This document shows, piece after piece, positions 1 through 12,772 of a DNA stretch of 64,000 nt; within the stretch, counting starts at the first letter, position 1, and each line of letters opens with the position of its first letter. Position numbers and translations under genes: made by a program. The notes beneath the pieces were generated by a model that worked only from the letters and a program-made list of their open reading frames with translations, searched no databases and was not told the DNA's origin. The stretch is from the NCBI RefSeq assembly GCF_021028975.2, contig NC_059434.1:12090001-12154000 (forward strand), given 5' to 3'. Source of the DNA: Sphaerodactylus townsendi. Its lineage: Eukaryota.

Positions 1-308
1 ACCAGCCTTAACTCATTCAATTAAGAACAAAAAAGAATAAAATCCCTTCCAACAGAGCACCATATCCAAAGCTAAGATTAAGGCTCCAAAAACGACGGAA
101 AAGCTCCCAGTGATTGAAGGTATATTGCTGTATGTATGTGTCAAGTGTGTACAGAAGGTGCGATGGTATGCTTTGGGAAGAAGTGAGCCTTGGAAGTCCC
201 ATTATGAACGAACAGTTCACCACACCATCTTTTGAAACCTGTGTTCTACCAGTGCCTCTACTCCATTCCAAGCATGGCCTGTGCACACAAGGAAGATGGC
301 TGACTTAC

Positions 309-454
309 ATTTCAAGGTGGTGAGCACTTGTTTGTCTGTTTCACCCAGACCCAGCATGATGGATGTTTTGGAAATTACATTCTGTTGCACCTTCTTGGCA
401 TGCTTCAAAACATTCAGTGATTGGTCAAAGTTGGCCCGGGGATCTCGAACTTGT
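309..454 (-). CDS. LIAS: Lipoyl synthase, coding exon 8 (gene continues beyond left edge)
   Basis: Encodes [48 protein letters not shown]; AG acceptor and GTAAGT donor; 146 nt, in phase with exon 7. Confidence 0.95.
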
Positions 455-1247
455 CTTCAATAAGAAGGAACACAAAAATGATAAATATGATCAAAAGCTG
501 CTTATTCATAAAAGCAATGTATACCTTTTACTTCCCTGGTTCTTGAGTTCTCTACCTACATGGGGTTTCTCCAATCTTTCTAGCATACATTTTGTGTCTC
601 AGGCAAGTGAAACATCATCCCTGCCCTGAGGCAGACGAAGAAACCTTTAGAAAAATGGCAGAGAGAACACACATTCCCAGAGACGACTGATATATGCATG
701 TTTACAGTGACAATTCCTGCAAATTATTTATTTGCTGATTAAAATGGGCAAATGGTCTGGTGCGAATAACCAATACACATGGCATGCCAAACCTGCAGTT
801 TTGTTTATAAGCGTCTAGCCAAAGAATGAAACCCAAAGCAGGCCTGTTCAGAGTCCTACTTTGGATTCTATGACTTATATGAGCAAATTGTGTTCCTATA
901 GGATTGCACTGAACATAATTTATAGGAATCAATATGTGGACCCTTTAAGTTTGGGGAGTTATAGCCTGCATGAATAATCATCAGCACAGATGGCTTTCCT
1001 TTCCTCACAGAAGGAGGCATCTTCGGAATGAGCACTCCCTTAGCAGAAGCGTCACTCCAGGACAGAATCCCAAACTGATATGCAGTAAAACTAGAAGGCA
1101 ATTCTATGTAATATACAGAATCATCTTCTAAGTACATGGGGAACACCCTAATGTGCACAGAAAACAAATGCAGCTCCAGAGCTTTGACTTCGTACATGCA
1201 GAGCCTGCATGGAATTTGGTCATGTGCTAAACAAAGAAATCCTATTC

Positions 1248-1450
1248 AATGTATTGTCGAAGGCTTTCACGGCTGGAATCACTGGGGTGCTGTGTGGTTT
1301 CCAGGATGTATGGCCGTGTTCTAGCAGCGTTCTCTCCTGATGTTTCACCTGCATCTGTGGCTGGCATCTTCAGAGGAAGATGGAGGCAAAACGTCAGGAG
1401 AGGATGCTGCTAGAACACGGCCATACAGCCCAGAAACCACACAGTACCCC
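1248..1450. mobile_element. Penelope-like element terminal fragment in inverted (hairpin) arrangement
   Basis: Inverted copies of gctgtgtggtttcc..tatggccgtgttctagcagc; the same family recurs at 38463-38595; includes a hammerhead-like core. Confidence 0.65.
1335..1377 (-). ncRNA. Minimal hammerhead ribozyme-like motif (Penelope-associated)
   Basis: Minus strand reads tcct-CTGAAGA-tgccagccacagatgcaggt-GAAAC-ATC-agga: CUGANGA and GAAA core boxes with closing tcct/agga helix. Confidence 0.5.
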
Positions 1451-1615
1451 AAATCCTATTCAAATTGCAGATCCCAATTCCATACACACAACTTCTTTGG
1501 TAAACAGAAGCAGGCAGTGCCACTAACCAATATATTCTTGAAGTGTCCTTTTCATCTTCTTTTAAAGAATATTTCACTGTGTTAAACCTATCTTTATATT
1601 TATCACCTTTCATCA

Positions 1616-1786
<171 letters not shown>

Positions 1787-1857
1787 TCACTGAAAAATAA
1801 TACTGTGTTAATCTTTTTGAGAAGTCCTACGTGCAAATTCACAGAACTCACACATAC

Positions 1858-1915
1858 CTTTCTTTTAAGTGCGATACTGTTTTTGCAAAGTGCGCTGCTC
1901 CACCATCAGGAATAT
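1858..1915 (-). CDS. LIAS: Lipoyl synthase, coding exon 6
   Basis: Encodes IPDGGAAHFAKTVSHLKE; AG/GT boundaries; 58 nt. Confidence 0.93.
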
Positions 1916-3925
1916 CTAGGAATAGTAAATTGGAATTCATTTTTATGCAAAACAAGTATCTATATTGTGCCATAGTGTGTTTGGGGTGGGGGTGGGGGGA
2001 CCTGCTGCCTTTCTATACAAAACAGCTCACAAAAATATATAAAATTACTAAAACCATTGGGCAGCTCAGCAAAAGGCATTTCATACAGGTGCATCATTCC
2101 CCAAGGGAGATACAACAAAGATCAGGAAATCCACATACAGCCTATTAATGGTTGGGCGTACAGAGATGCATCTGTAATATGATGTGCATTCAGATGCAAG
2201 GTGATGTGCTCCTGTGAGAACTATACATGGAGGATGGGAGGGGTACATAAGAACAGGCATTCTCATCCATTATGTCCCCTAGATGTTCACTGTTGCATAC
2301 AATTTAATTTAAATTGAGGATCATTGTGGGGTGGGCCCGTAGAAGTTAGGAACAACGAAGGAGACTCTGGCTTTTGCATGACATGACTTGCAGACTCTTT
2401 GCTAAACTTCTTTTGAAGTTCAATCCTATGCAAAGTTATGCCTGTCTAATTCAGCTGAAATCGTTGAGCGTAGCCTATAGCAACTCTATACAGGTTTACA
2501 CTGCTGGTCTTGCACAATTTTTAAGGTATGCGTGTCTTCCATGTGTTAACAGGCATTTGCAGTGGCTATCTGGTCCGGCAAGATACCAGACTGAAAATGT
2601 CCTGCTTAACCTGTATGCCTTTCTCACACAATCAAGGTAGCATATATAAATGTTTCCCAAGACCAACACTGGTGTGTACCTTTCAGCTATCTAATTTTCA
2701 TCCCTATCTAATCATTAACATCTCGTATTTATTTGCGTAATTTTTATTGAAACTTTGAACAATGCATGGAAAATGTCTGGTAAATGAGAAAAATACAAGG
2801 GAAGGTGAAATTGGGAAATGAAAATACAATTTATTTACGTTATTTTTAGTCTGCCTTTCTCAGAGACTCAATGTTTCGCACATTTCACTACTTAAGTAAG
2901 ATTTAAACACAAAATAGCATTTCATCAGCACATTTTATTCTAAATATTGTAAAAACACTGGGATTCTTTTCAATATAATAAATAACCTGGACACCATCTA
3001 GGTTTTTTCCCCTTTAAACTGAGACAAATTTGTCAGGCTGTCCTTCATCATAGCTTCAATCCAATCCCATTAAATATTGAGGAGATACAGTGGCATAGAT
3101 TCCATGAAGTGTTTCTGCACACAGGTGCAACAATGTCTCTCTGCACAACATCACCACCTTTCCCCTTTTGCAGTCAAAATAACTCCAGAAATCCTGTCCC
3201 CTCACAAGCATTTTGAGCTCCTGGGTTCAGAAGATGGGAAAGATGTGTTTTGTGGGAGGAAATCCTTACACATGTGGAAATGCTATTCTGGCTCCCAGCC
3301 AATAACAGTAGTGATAGATCCATATTCCTTGGCTAATTATCCAAGCAGCATTTAAGAGAGTAAATTTACTGCAAAATGGGGACTATTTGTAATGCAGTTA
3401 ATTATTTATTTATTACATTACATTTATACCCCACCTTTTCCTGGAAGACTCAGTTAATGAATATGAGGGTCAGCCTGTATGAACTTATTGCATTGCTGAA
3501 ACTGTTCATTTTCTTTGCAGTGCTTTAAATTGCCTAGATGAGTTTTTAAAAATACATACACTTCAATATTATACCCCTAAAATCTTATTTCAAATATACT
3601 GTTTCATTCCATACTGCTGAAAAAAAAAGTGGTATTAGGAATACATTCCAAGCTACGTCCACTATCTGTTTGTGAGAATTTACTTTATTTCATTAAATGG
3701 ATATTTGTATTCTTCATGGAACTGCAACAGAAACATCAGAAATTCTTTTGTACTAGCTTTTGTGTTGGAATGGTAGCTGCAGAGAAACTCCTATACATGT
3801 AACAGTAGTTGTTATTTAGTTTGTATCAACTGTATAAAATAATCACTGTTACAATTTAGTAGACAATTAATATTTGTTTTCATGATTTACAAATACCTTA
3901 AATAAGCATTAAAGAATGAGACTTT

Positions 3926-4066
3926 GGCTCATTCCGCACATGCAGAATAATGCATTTTCAAACTGCTTTCAGTGCTCTTTGAAGCTGTGCGGAATGGCAA
4001 AATCCAGTTGCAAACAGTTGTGAAAGTGCTTTGAAAATGCATTATTTTGCGTGTGCGGAAGGGGCC
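3926..4066. mobile_element. PIF/Harbinger-like MITE
   Basis: Imperfect TIRs ggctcattccgcac / gtgcggaaggggcc with 3-bp TTT flanks; near-identical copy at 6298. Confidence 0.8.
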
Positions 4067-4125
4067 TTTGACATGCATACATAAAACATGCATTTTGTCT
4101 TGGGGGAAAATATGCACACTTACTA

Positions 4126-4338
<213 letters not shown>

Positions 4339-5745
4339 CTACACTTAAATTTTTTAAAATCTTGATAGCTGGCCACCAGATGAGAAATCAATTCACTTTA
4401 TACTGCAGAGGGCAAAGCAACATAGTTGAAGACTGGAACAACCCCGTTGTCCGCCTCTGGTTTCCCAGTATGGCTGATATGACAAATGGTACATGGAAAC
4501 CCTGAGCAGCAACCAAGCAGCAGGTAAGACAAGGCATCAAAAATCTTCTCCACTGCACTTGAGGAACATCTTTTTTTTTTAATCTTGCCTCGCAAATGGA
4601 TTTTTTAAATCTGCCTCGCAAATACAACTTTGCAGTAAAACCGGCTGCAGAATCTGACCTAAGGCATGCTCTTTTGTTACCGGTGTGGTTTAGCTTGCAA
4701 AAATTTGCACTGCTCTGGCAACATATACAAACAGGAAGATCACGCAGGAGGGCTGGATGATGTGGTTATTCCCAATGCCAGCATCACACCTCTCTAGGAT
4801 TTAAGGTAATGGGCACTCCATGTCTGTCCCTCCTAGGCAGGCTCTGTAATTAATGAGTGCATTGCAAGAATGGTCTTTGACTATGTGAGAGTTTTAACCA
4901 CAGCATTCATACAAAGTAAGAATTGGTTGATATACTGTCAAAGGCTTAAGAAGGAGTTCTTGGAACACTGATTATGAGATCCCTTTCTAGAAGGACATAG
5001 CAAAGTCACGTAGCTCCTTCCCATGCTTTCCACTTGGTACTGTTCTGGCACAGGAATAAACACAGCAGAAAGCTTTTTACACAACACTCGCTCTCCAGAG
5101 ATCATTAAGAATTTTACACGTTACTGTTCTAAGGAGGATTTCTATATTAACAATAAGAAGTCTAAAACTATGGTTTTAGAGGAAAAGGAAATTCTCTTTT
5201 AAATGCCCTCTTAAGATGGTCTTATGCTTGAATAGGTCAAGGAAATTAGATGTTTGAGTCTCTTGTTTACATCTAATTTGGCATTCAATAAGGTCAGATT
5301 AAGTGAAAGAGAATATGTGTATCATTTAACATTTTGGGGCGTTTTACTTAGTTAGGCTTAATGCTACAATCCTTCTTAGGTCTGCCAGGATAGTTTTCTG
5401 AACATTCCATATTCTGTTGGTCTTTGTTCTTGCCCTTTAGGTTGAACTGACACTTCCTTTCATACTCTTTTGGAGTGCCCCACCTTGGAGATCTCAAGAG
5501 CGTCTTTTATTACTCCTCTTCTAGCATGCCATTCTGAACTTTCAGGCTCAGGTATTTTGTACTTTTAAATTTTGTGATAAGTATCCTAAAATTACTTCAA
5601 CAGTAGCCAAATATTTTCAGTCTTTTTATCTTTTAAGCTGTCTTTGCTGCTCAAGAGCACTATCTCATGGAACATCAATGGTAGCAAGAAAAGGGGTACA
5701 TTCACCAATCTTAGTGAAATATTCTGCTGCCAGAAGTCAGCTTAC

Positions 5746-5826
5746 CATTATAGTTGCTGTAGCAGTAGCATATTCTCCTCCACCCCAGCACTCCCCAATG
5801 TTTGGACAGCGTGCTTCCTCACATAC
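5746..5826 (-). CDS. LIAS: Lipoyl synthase, coding exon 4 (auxiliary Fe-S CX4CX5C motif)
   Basis: Encodes VCEEARCPNIGECWGGGEYATATATIM; 81 nt; AG/GT boundaries. Confidence 0.96.
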
Positions 5827-6297
5827 CTACAGTAAAAATTAAATAGCTGTTTACAGTGGAGCAAGAACATGTGTGCCGTGTGTCTTTTTAAAATACGACT
5901 TCTAAGTCAATGATGACCTTGTGAGAGGTCACAGTTTTAATGCAGTGGCATAATCTGTGGCACAGGGCCAGTGGTAGCAGAACAACTACCCAAAGTGCCC
6001 AACAGGGTTGGCAGACACTTTCCCTTTCTCCATTCATTGTCACGTCATGTCTGCCATACCTCAAGTCAGAACTAACAGACAGGCCCCAAAAGCAATATCT
6101 TGTGTGTCTTTTCACACTTGAAGCAGGCATTCTGGTTCAAACATACTGTGGACCCAAGCTGCTCAGGGGTGGGTTTTAATACCAACAACTTTACTAGGAA
6201 TACACTTCTGCAGTAGCTTCACCAACACGTCACTATTACTAGTACAGGATCTATCAGGTCTGGAAAAAAAACTTGGATATTATGCTAACGTCCCTAT

Positions 6298-6438
6298 GGC
6301 TCATTCCGCACATGCAGAATAATGCACTTTCAAACTGCTTTCAGTGCTCTTTAAAGCTGTGCGGAATAGCAAAATCCACTTGCAAACAGTTGTGAAAGTG
6401 GTTTGAAAACGCATTATTTTGCGTGTGCGGAAGGGGCC
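6298..6438. mobile_element. PIF/Harbinger-like MITE (second copy)
   Basis: Same TIRs as the 3926 copy; 3-bp TSD TAT. Confidence 0.8.
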
Positions 6439-6556
6439 TATGATTCTAAGAACAGAATCCAATTTACTTCCAATCAATTCCCACTAACTGCAATGGAACT
6501 TGCTTCCAAGTAGGTGTGCTACAGCCTAAATCACAAGCAGGACTCATGATTACTCA

Positions 6557-6685
<129 letters not shown>

Positions 6686-7196
6686 TTATAAGTAGAAATA
6701 GCACAACATTTACTCTGTGTCATTTAAAAATGATTTATAAAACATCTATTTCACAAAAACATTATTCTCACTCTCGTTTTGTTATTCAGCCATGGCGCCT
6801 TCCATGTCAATTGGAAAAAGCATTCATGCCAGGCAAGGAGTTTCTGAAGATTTCTAAAAACTGTCTCTTGCACTTTTTTACACCAACCTATAACCTACAT
6901 GATGTCAGCAGATAGCTAAAAAACTGAACAGTTTGCGGCACTAAATTATCTCACAGTTCACAGCACCAATTTTTGCTTCAATATTATTTTAGTGTATATA
7001 TTCTTCTCTTGTTTTTATCCTAGGAAGTGTGCTTCTTAAAAAGCTGACATTTTGCTTAGGCAGAGCAACAACTGGTAAACAAACAACATTGAATTTAGAT
7101 GAGGCAAACTTCAGATTGTAATGTCAACAGCCTGAAATTGCAGCTGGTTGTGAAAGTATTGGAAAGCAGAATGAAACAGAACTTCCTTTAAATTAC

Positions 7197-7369
7197 CTTT
7201 CTCCTTTCTGACGCTTTAAATTGCCTTTATACTGAGCCCAATTAGTCTTGTCTGAAAGCTCCCCAGACACAAAGTCCTGCAAATCAGGTCCACTTTGCAA
7301 ACGTGCCTTCAGTTCCTCTGGCAATGACTCTGATGCTCCAGACTGGTTGTGTGAATTCCTTTGAAATAA
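7197..7369 (-). CDS. LIAS: Lipoyl synthase, coding exon 2
   Basis: Encodes ...[34 protein letters not shown]; 173 nt; AG/GT boundaries. Confidence 0.93.
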
Positions 7370-7448
7370 CTGAGAAGAAATAACTGCATTATATTCCAGA
7401 AACAGAAAATAAATACCTTTTCCATTTCTAATAGGTATAATCCTTAAC

Positions 7449-7584
7449 CAGTGGTGGGATTCAAATAATTTAACAACTGGTTCCGGTGATGGGATTCAAA
7501 TAATTTAACAATTGATTGTTTACAAGCACCAATTTGACAACCGGTTCTGCTGAAGTTGCGCGAACCTGCTGAATCCCACCACTG
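7449..7584. mobile_element. Short hAT MITE
   Basis: TIR cagtggtgggattc / gaatcccaccactg; 8-bp near-TSD tccttaac/cccttaac. Confidence 0.75.
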
Positions 7585-7819
7585 CCCTTAACTAACATGA
7601 TATTCTGAAAGGTAATCTCAGTTTTATGAAAAAACTGCCACTTCAGACAAATACAAGTCTGACATAAACTCACCAGGGTGGCTTGTATCTTATATCTTGT
7701 TAAAATCTACCCAAATGGTCCTTTTGGGGGGATAGAAGAGCAGGATATAAATAAAAATAATCGCTCTCTTCTTTCCATTATTGTGAAAATGGTTAAAGGA
7801 ATGCTGGAGATCACTTATA

Positions 7820-8074
7820 CCCTGTTTCTCCTAAAATAAGACATCCCCTGAAAATAAGACATAGTAGAGGTTTTGCTGAAGTGCTAAATATAAGGCCTCC
7901 CCCGAAAGTAAGACGTAGCAAAATTTTGGTTGGAAGCATGCCCGCCGAACAGAATATCAGAGCACCAGAATTCTTCTTCATGGAAAAATAAGACATCCCC
8001 TGAAAATAAGACCTAGCACATCTTCGGGAGCAAAAATTAATATAAGACACTGTCTAATTTTCGGAGAAACACGG
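7820..8074. mobile_element. Tc1/mariner (pogo/Tigger-like) MITE
   Basis: TIR ccctgtttctcc / ggagaaacacgg flanked by TA; internal repeated aaaataagac motifs. Confidence 0.7.
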
Positions 8075-9506
8075 TAGTAGCAAAGGAAATCCTGTAAGTC
8101 ATACTTTTGTTTGGCGGAACCTTGTTCTGTAAAGGCCAACCTCTTTTCTTCCCTTTTCCTTCTAATTTCTTTCCATTTTGCTTCATTCAGACTTGCTCAT
8201 TATCAACTGACCAGAGTTCCCAGGACAACATAATAATAATATAGGTAAGTTTTTTTAAATGTGCCTATTATTTCTTCACTAGTTGATGGTTTTTAGCTCT
8301 TAGGGAAGCTGTATATTAGGGTAGCCAAGATGTTTTGTTGTTGCTCATTTGTATATATGTACAAAATTAATAGCAATACAATTTGCAGAAAACACACCAT
8401 GAATAAGTTGTTGTTGGCCATTGACCACAATAATAAAATCTGACTTTGAAATCATTTACTACAAACGGATATGGTGTGGAGGGTGAAATAGAAGGGCAAT
8501 TGTGGTATTTTGCATTCTTGTGTGTATGTCAGAGTAATGGTTTTCCACTTTTCCAAAGCTGGAACTCACTGACAGAGTCATATGAGAGGGAACCAGGACT
8601 GTAGACCTCACAAGTAATGATAAGCAGACCAGAAGAGCTGGGGCAAGAAAACCAATCCAGTTCTCAAGAGATGTGCCACAGTGAGCAACGTGCCATGAGT
8701 CAGAGCCACAAAAGTATCCCCTACACCACTGAGTGATCTCCTTTCACTGTTCCCATTATGTACGATACAGAGATCAGCAAAAGGCAGGATGTCTTTCCTC
8801 TATGTCTTCCAAAAGGCAGACCCCCCCAGGAAAAAGGGAGACCAACCTAAGAGTCCCAAACCACAAATTAAGACCACTTGTCCTAAAGTGTCAAAAAAAA
8901 CCCCTGCCACCTTCACTTTCTTCCTCCTTCCTCGGGTTTTTAAACTAGAGGGGAGATAGATAAATAAATAACACAATATACATATTGACTGATTGCTCAT
9001 TACATCTGTTTTCATTATATATATAATGAAAGCAGGTATAGTGTGCAATCAATCAAACATAGACAAAATGAACAAAATATTACACCCAGGCTACACACCA
9101 TACTCAACGTGTAAGATTTTAATAAGTGTAGAAATATCTGAACAGATAACCAAATCAGCCAAAATGTCTAAGAAAATTAAAGTCTACAAGAGCGCAGAGA
9201 ATCCAAACATGGGACGAGCTTGCCACTGCTGCCCGTTTCGGGGTGAAATTATTCCACTTCCTCGGCAATAGATTTCAGTCTCGCCCACACGTTTTCAAAT
9301 CACCACCGTGGGATCTGCTGCGCCTATTAACACATTCATCGGGGTGACATTATTCTCCATTAGGCTAAGACATATCGTGCTTGGAAGCCAGAAGGGCCCG
9401 GCAGGAGCCGCGGTTGGCGCACAGAGGTCGCAGCAGAGTCCGATGCGCTCCCTACTTCGCGACTAGGGAGGACTGAAGGACACCGGGAAGGTCGCCTGGT
9501 ACTCAC

Positions 9507-9605
9507 CGGGCTCCCCGGGGCTGCCAGGCTAAAGCTCCACAGGTTGGTCCGGGCAGCAGCTTTGGCAGCAACCCCAGAGGGGAAAGCCCGGCGGAGCAAA
9601 GACAT
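9507..9605 (-). CDS. LIAS: Lipoyl synthase, first coding exon (mitochondrial presequence)
   Basis: ATG at 9605, MSLLRRAFPSGVAAKAAARTNLWSFSLAAPGSP (Arg/Ala/Ser-rich, no acidic residues); phase-0 GTGAGT donor matches exon 2 phase. Confidence 0.8.
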
Positions 9606-9907
9606 ATTCAGGAAGAGCCCAGCCCGGGAGGCCTCACACTCATCCCGGCCATCCTCCTCAACCGCTCCCGAAATTCTCCTCAGGCCAACGTCGTTCGATC
9701 GGAGAACTCAGTGCTCAGCTACCTAGCCTATATCTTCGTCAGTAGCCTTCCGACGAAGAATTCGGCGCTCAGCCTGTCTTTCCATCCACGCAAGTGCTGA
9801 GCGATCGATTGGTTCGGTCTGAACTTTGAGAGAGGACGTGACCCGAGCGTGATAGCGTCACGCGGAGGCGCGAGGGAGGGTACAAGACCGTGATGACGTA
9901 ACACGCG

Positions 9908-9937
9908 CTCCTTTTCCTCCTTTCTGGCAGTAAGGAG
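9908..9937 (+). promoter_or_regulatory. RPL9: RPL9 non-coding exon 1 with 5' terminal oligopyrimidine (TOP/TCT) start
   Basis: CTCCTTTTCCTCCTTTCT pyrimidine tract followed by GAG|GTGAGG donor; typical ribosomal-protein TSS; exact TSS inferred. Confidence 0.75.
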
Positions 9938-10311
9938 GTGAGGACCAGTTATGTTTTTTGGGCGACGGGGCCATCCGCGGCCATCCGCGAAGCCGAGGCC
10001 GTCCGGTGTCCTGAACGGCCCGCAGCCGTGGCAAGCGGAGCCCCTCGTGTGGGAGGGGGATAGTTGACGAACGTGGGTTGGGTGGGCTGTGGAAGGGAAG
10101 GCCCAGAAGTTGCCCCCTCTCCCCACCTCCCCGGCCCGGGTCTTAGTGGAGAAGGACAGAGCGAGCTCATGAGTGTATGTGCGCGTGCGTGGACAGGGGG
10201 CGCACATGTAATCCTGGTGCTGTTTAAACCTGCGTCATTCTGCAGGGGAGGAAGAAGCACAGGGAAGGAGGAGAGGCTAGCAGTGCAATTCAGAACAGAA
10301 TTACTCTAGTC

Positions 10312-10460
10312 CAGGGGTGGCCAACCTATGGCGCTCCAGATGTTCATGGACTACAATTCCCATCAAACCCTGCCAGCATGGCCAATTGGCCGTGCTGGCA
10401 GGGGCTGATGGGAATTGTAATGCATGGACATCTGGAGCGCCATAGGTTTGGCCACCCCTG
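10312..10460. mobile_element. Palindromic hAT (Charlie/Buster-like) MITE
   Basis: Whole-element hairpin with TIR caggggtggccaa and perfect 8-bp TSD ctctagtc; relatives at about 23744, 32251, 41225, 41754, 48358, 49357 and 62033. Confidence 0.85.
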
Positions 10461-11613
10461 CTCTAGTCCAACTAAGGCCACTGAACTTCAGGGCTATAGA
10501 TTGGAGTAACTTCTGCTCTGGATTGCACTGACGCATTGCAACACTTACCAGTGGAAAAAGTGGTTGTTTGAATGCTGTTTCTTATGGGGGGAAAGCTTGT
10601 AGTCGAACCTTTGCATGCTAGGTTTTTCATTTGCAAGGAAGATTCATAGGGAACTCTAGAAAACGTGATCTCTGCTCCGCGTTCTAAAGCATCAGTTGTA
10701 CCACTCTGGCAGCTTTCTGCATCATTGCTGCCACACTGTGCTGCATATTGAGACTTGCATATTAGGACGAGGCTGGGAAAGGGAGTATTGAAGGGCAAAG
10801 CTAGCGTATAACAGTTGAACAGAGAAATATGTTGAGTAGGCTATTTTTGTGGTAGGGTGCCAGTGCTGTGTTTCCTGAGGAAAATGTCCTGCTTTACCCA
10901 TGTAAATGTAGTCTATTTACATCTAGTTGTGAAGGCTGCTGTGTTGCAGCTCAGTCATGTTAGATGGGCTTAATGAAGTGGGGACAAACCCCAGTTTTTG
11001 ATATGGTGTATTTGTTTGCTTTTGCTAGAACTATTTAAATGTGCTAATATTATTTAAATATTTAAGTTATCTATTTCAGTTTGAATCAAGGTATTCCAAC
11101 GCAAACTTTCCTGGAAAACCCACATCATTATTCTAGAATGGATTTTAGCACTGTTCCTTAGAAGAACTGGATACAGTGTGTGATCGCTTTGGAGATAGCT
11201 AACATAGGATGGGTAGTGGTAGGTTCAGGGAAATGAACAAGGATTTGACAGGATGCGTGAAGGATAGACTGTTGGGCTATTATGGCTGAATGAAACCTTT
11301 ATGTTCATAGATATACTTGTGCATGCTAGTTATTCTGTGTGTGCATGAGTTTATAGGAATAGAGGAAACAATGTAGATGAAGAAATAAAAGAATTGCAAG
11401 AGGCAATATGATTCAGTATAATGGTTTTTAATCCTGATTTGTTTGAGCATATGAATTCATATCAACATATATCTGTTTATGTCATGGCTTTATCTCTGCC
11501 ATTGAGAAAGATGGCTTGTAAATAAAGCAAATATATGATTCTGTTGTATGAATCTTGATCTGTATTGCAACATGTCTGTTGTTTCTCGTTTAGTTTTTCT
11601 AGTTAAATTTAAA

Positions 11614-11659
11614 ATGAAGACCATTCTGAGCAATCAAACTGTTGACATCCCTGACAAAG
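11614..11659 (+). CDS. RPL9: 60S ribosomal protein L9 (uL6), first coding exon
   Basis: ATG at 11614; encodes MKTILSNQTVDIPDK; GTATGT donor. Confidence 0.96.
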
Positions 11660-11752
11660 GTATGTGTATCCATGTGTCTTTGTGTGAAAACTTCTTTGTT
11701 GTATGCAATTGTCACATGCTGTAATATGGTTATTTTTGTTTCTCCTCTTCAG

Positions 11753-11868
11753 TCGATGTTCGTCTGAAGGGCCGGACAGTTATTGTGAAGGGCCCCAGAG
11801 GAACCCTGCGACGGGACTTCAACCATATCAATGTAGAGCTTTCCCTCTTGGGAAAGAAACGCAAGAAA
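11753..11868 (+). CDS. RPL9: RPL9 coding exon 2
   Basis: Encodes [38 protein letters not shown]; AG/GT boundaries. Confidence 0.96.
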
Positions 11869-12377
11869 GTAAGTGGTCTGGGGATGTTAAGAAGATCGCT
11901 GAAGTCTCATTTCATTTTTGCTGAAGTGAAATGTGATAACTCTGTGGCAGGTTTTGGTTTGTAAACCAGTTTCCCAAGGTTTTGTGGCTGGAACTGTACC
12001 TTTTGAACAGCTTGAGTCGGAGACATCACCACATATTTTACCTGCAGTCACATCCTCTTCTCCCCGGAATGCGGCAGATTCACATATAGAACATGGCTTG
12101 GGGGAGGGAATGGAAGATGTAGGAGATAGGGGCACATAGAGGAAAGTATGAGCGCCCACTGCCATTTTTCTGCTATGTGTCACTCCCCCTTCCCCACTAC
12201 AACTTTGTAGCTGCTCAGCAGAAATCTAGGAACAGATAACCTAAATGGCTGCCTTCTCTCATAGAAGCTTGCCAGCTGAATAGAAGTAATCAACAGAGGT
12301 TTGGTTTGTGTCCCCTTGCAATCTGGTGAATCTTACAATTTTTGTAAACCTAAAGGAAAAACTTGCTTTATATTTGA

Positions 12378-12533
<156 letters not shown>

Positions 12534-12639
12534 TAGAACTCAAATGCATGTGAAACCAGTCAGATTGGCAGCTGAGTTATCTTAGACCAGCTGTGCTTTC
12601 TGTAATGTTAATGTTATTACCGGTATCTCTTGTTTTCAG

Positions 12640-12772
12640 GGCTTTCGTTACAAGATGAGGTCTGTGTACGCTCACTTCCCCATCAACGTGGTTATACAGG
12701 AGACTGGCTCACTTGTGGAAATCCGTAATTTCCTTGGGGAAAAGTATATCCGTCGGGTGCGCATGAGGCCAG
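12640..12772 (+). CDS. RPL9: RPL9 coding exon 4
   Basis: Encodes [44 protein letters not shown]; AG/GT boundaries. Confidence 0.97.

Larger units (their letters stand above)
9380..10260. promoter_or_regulatory. CpG island / bidirectional LIAS-RPL9 promoter
   Basis: GC- and CpG-rich segment between divergent first exons; CRE/ATF-like TGACGTAA at about 9894-9901 and GACGTGAC at about 9835. Confidence 0.85.

Noticed and set aside
9728-10309. Overlapping 81-159 aa ORFs at the LIAS/RPL9 promoter
   Set aside because: Stop-poor CpG-island sequence with no protein similarity
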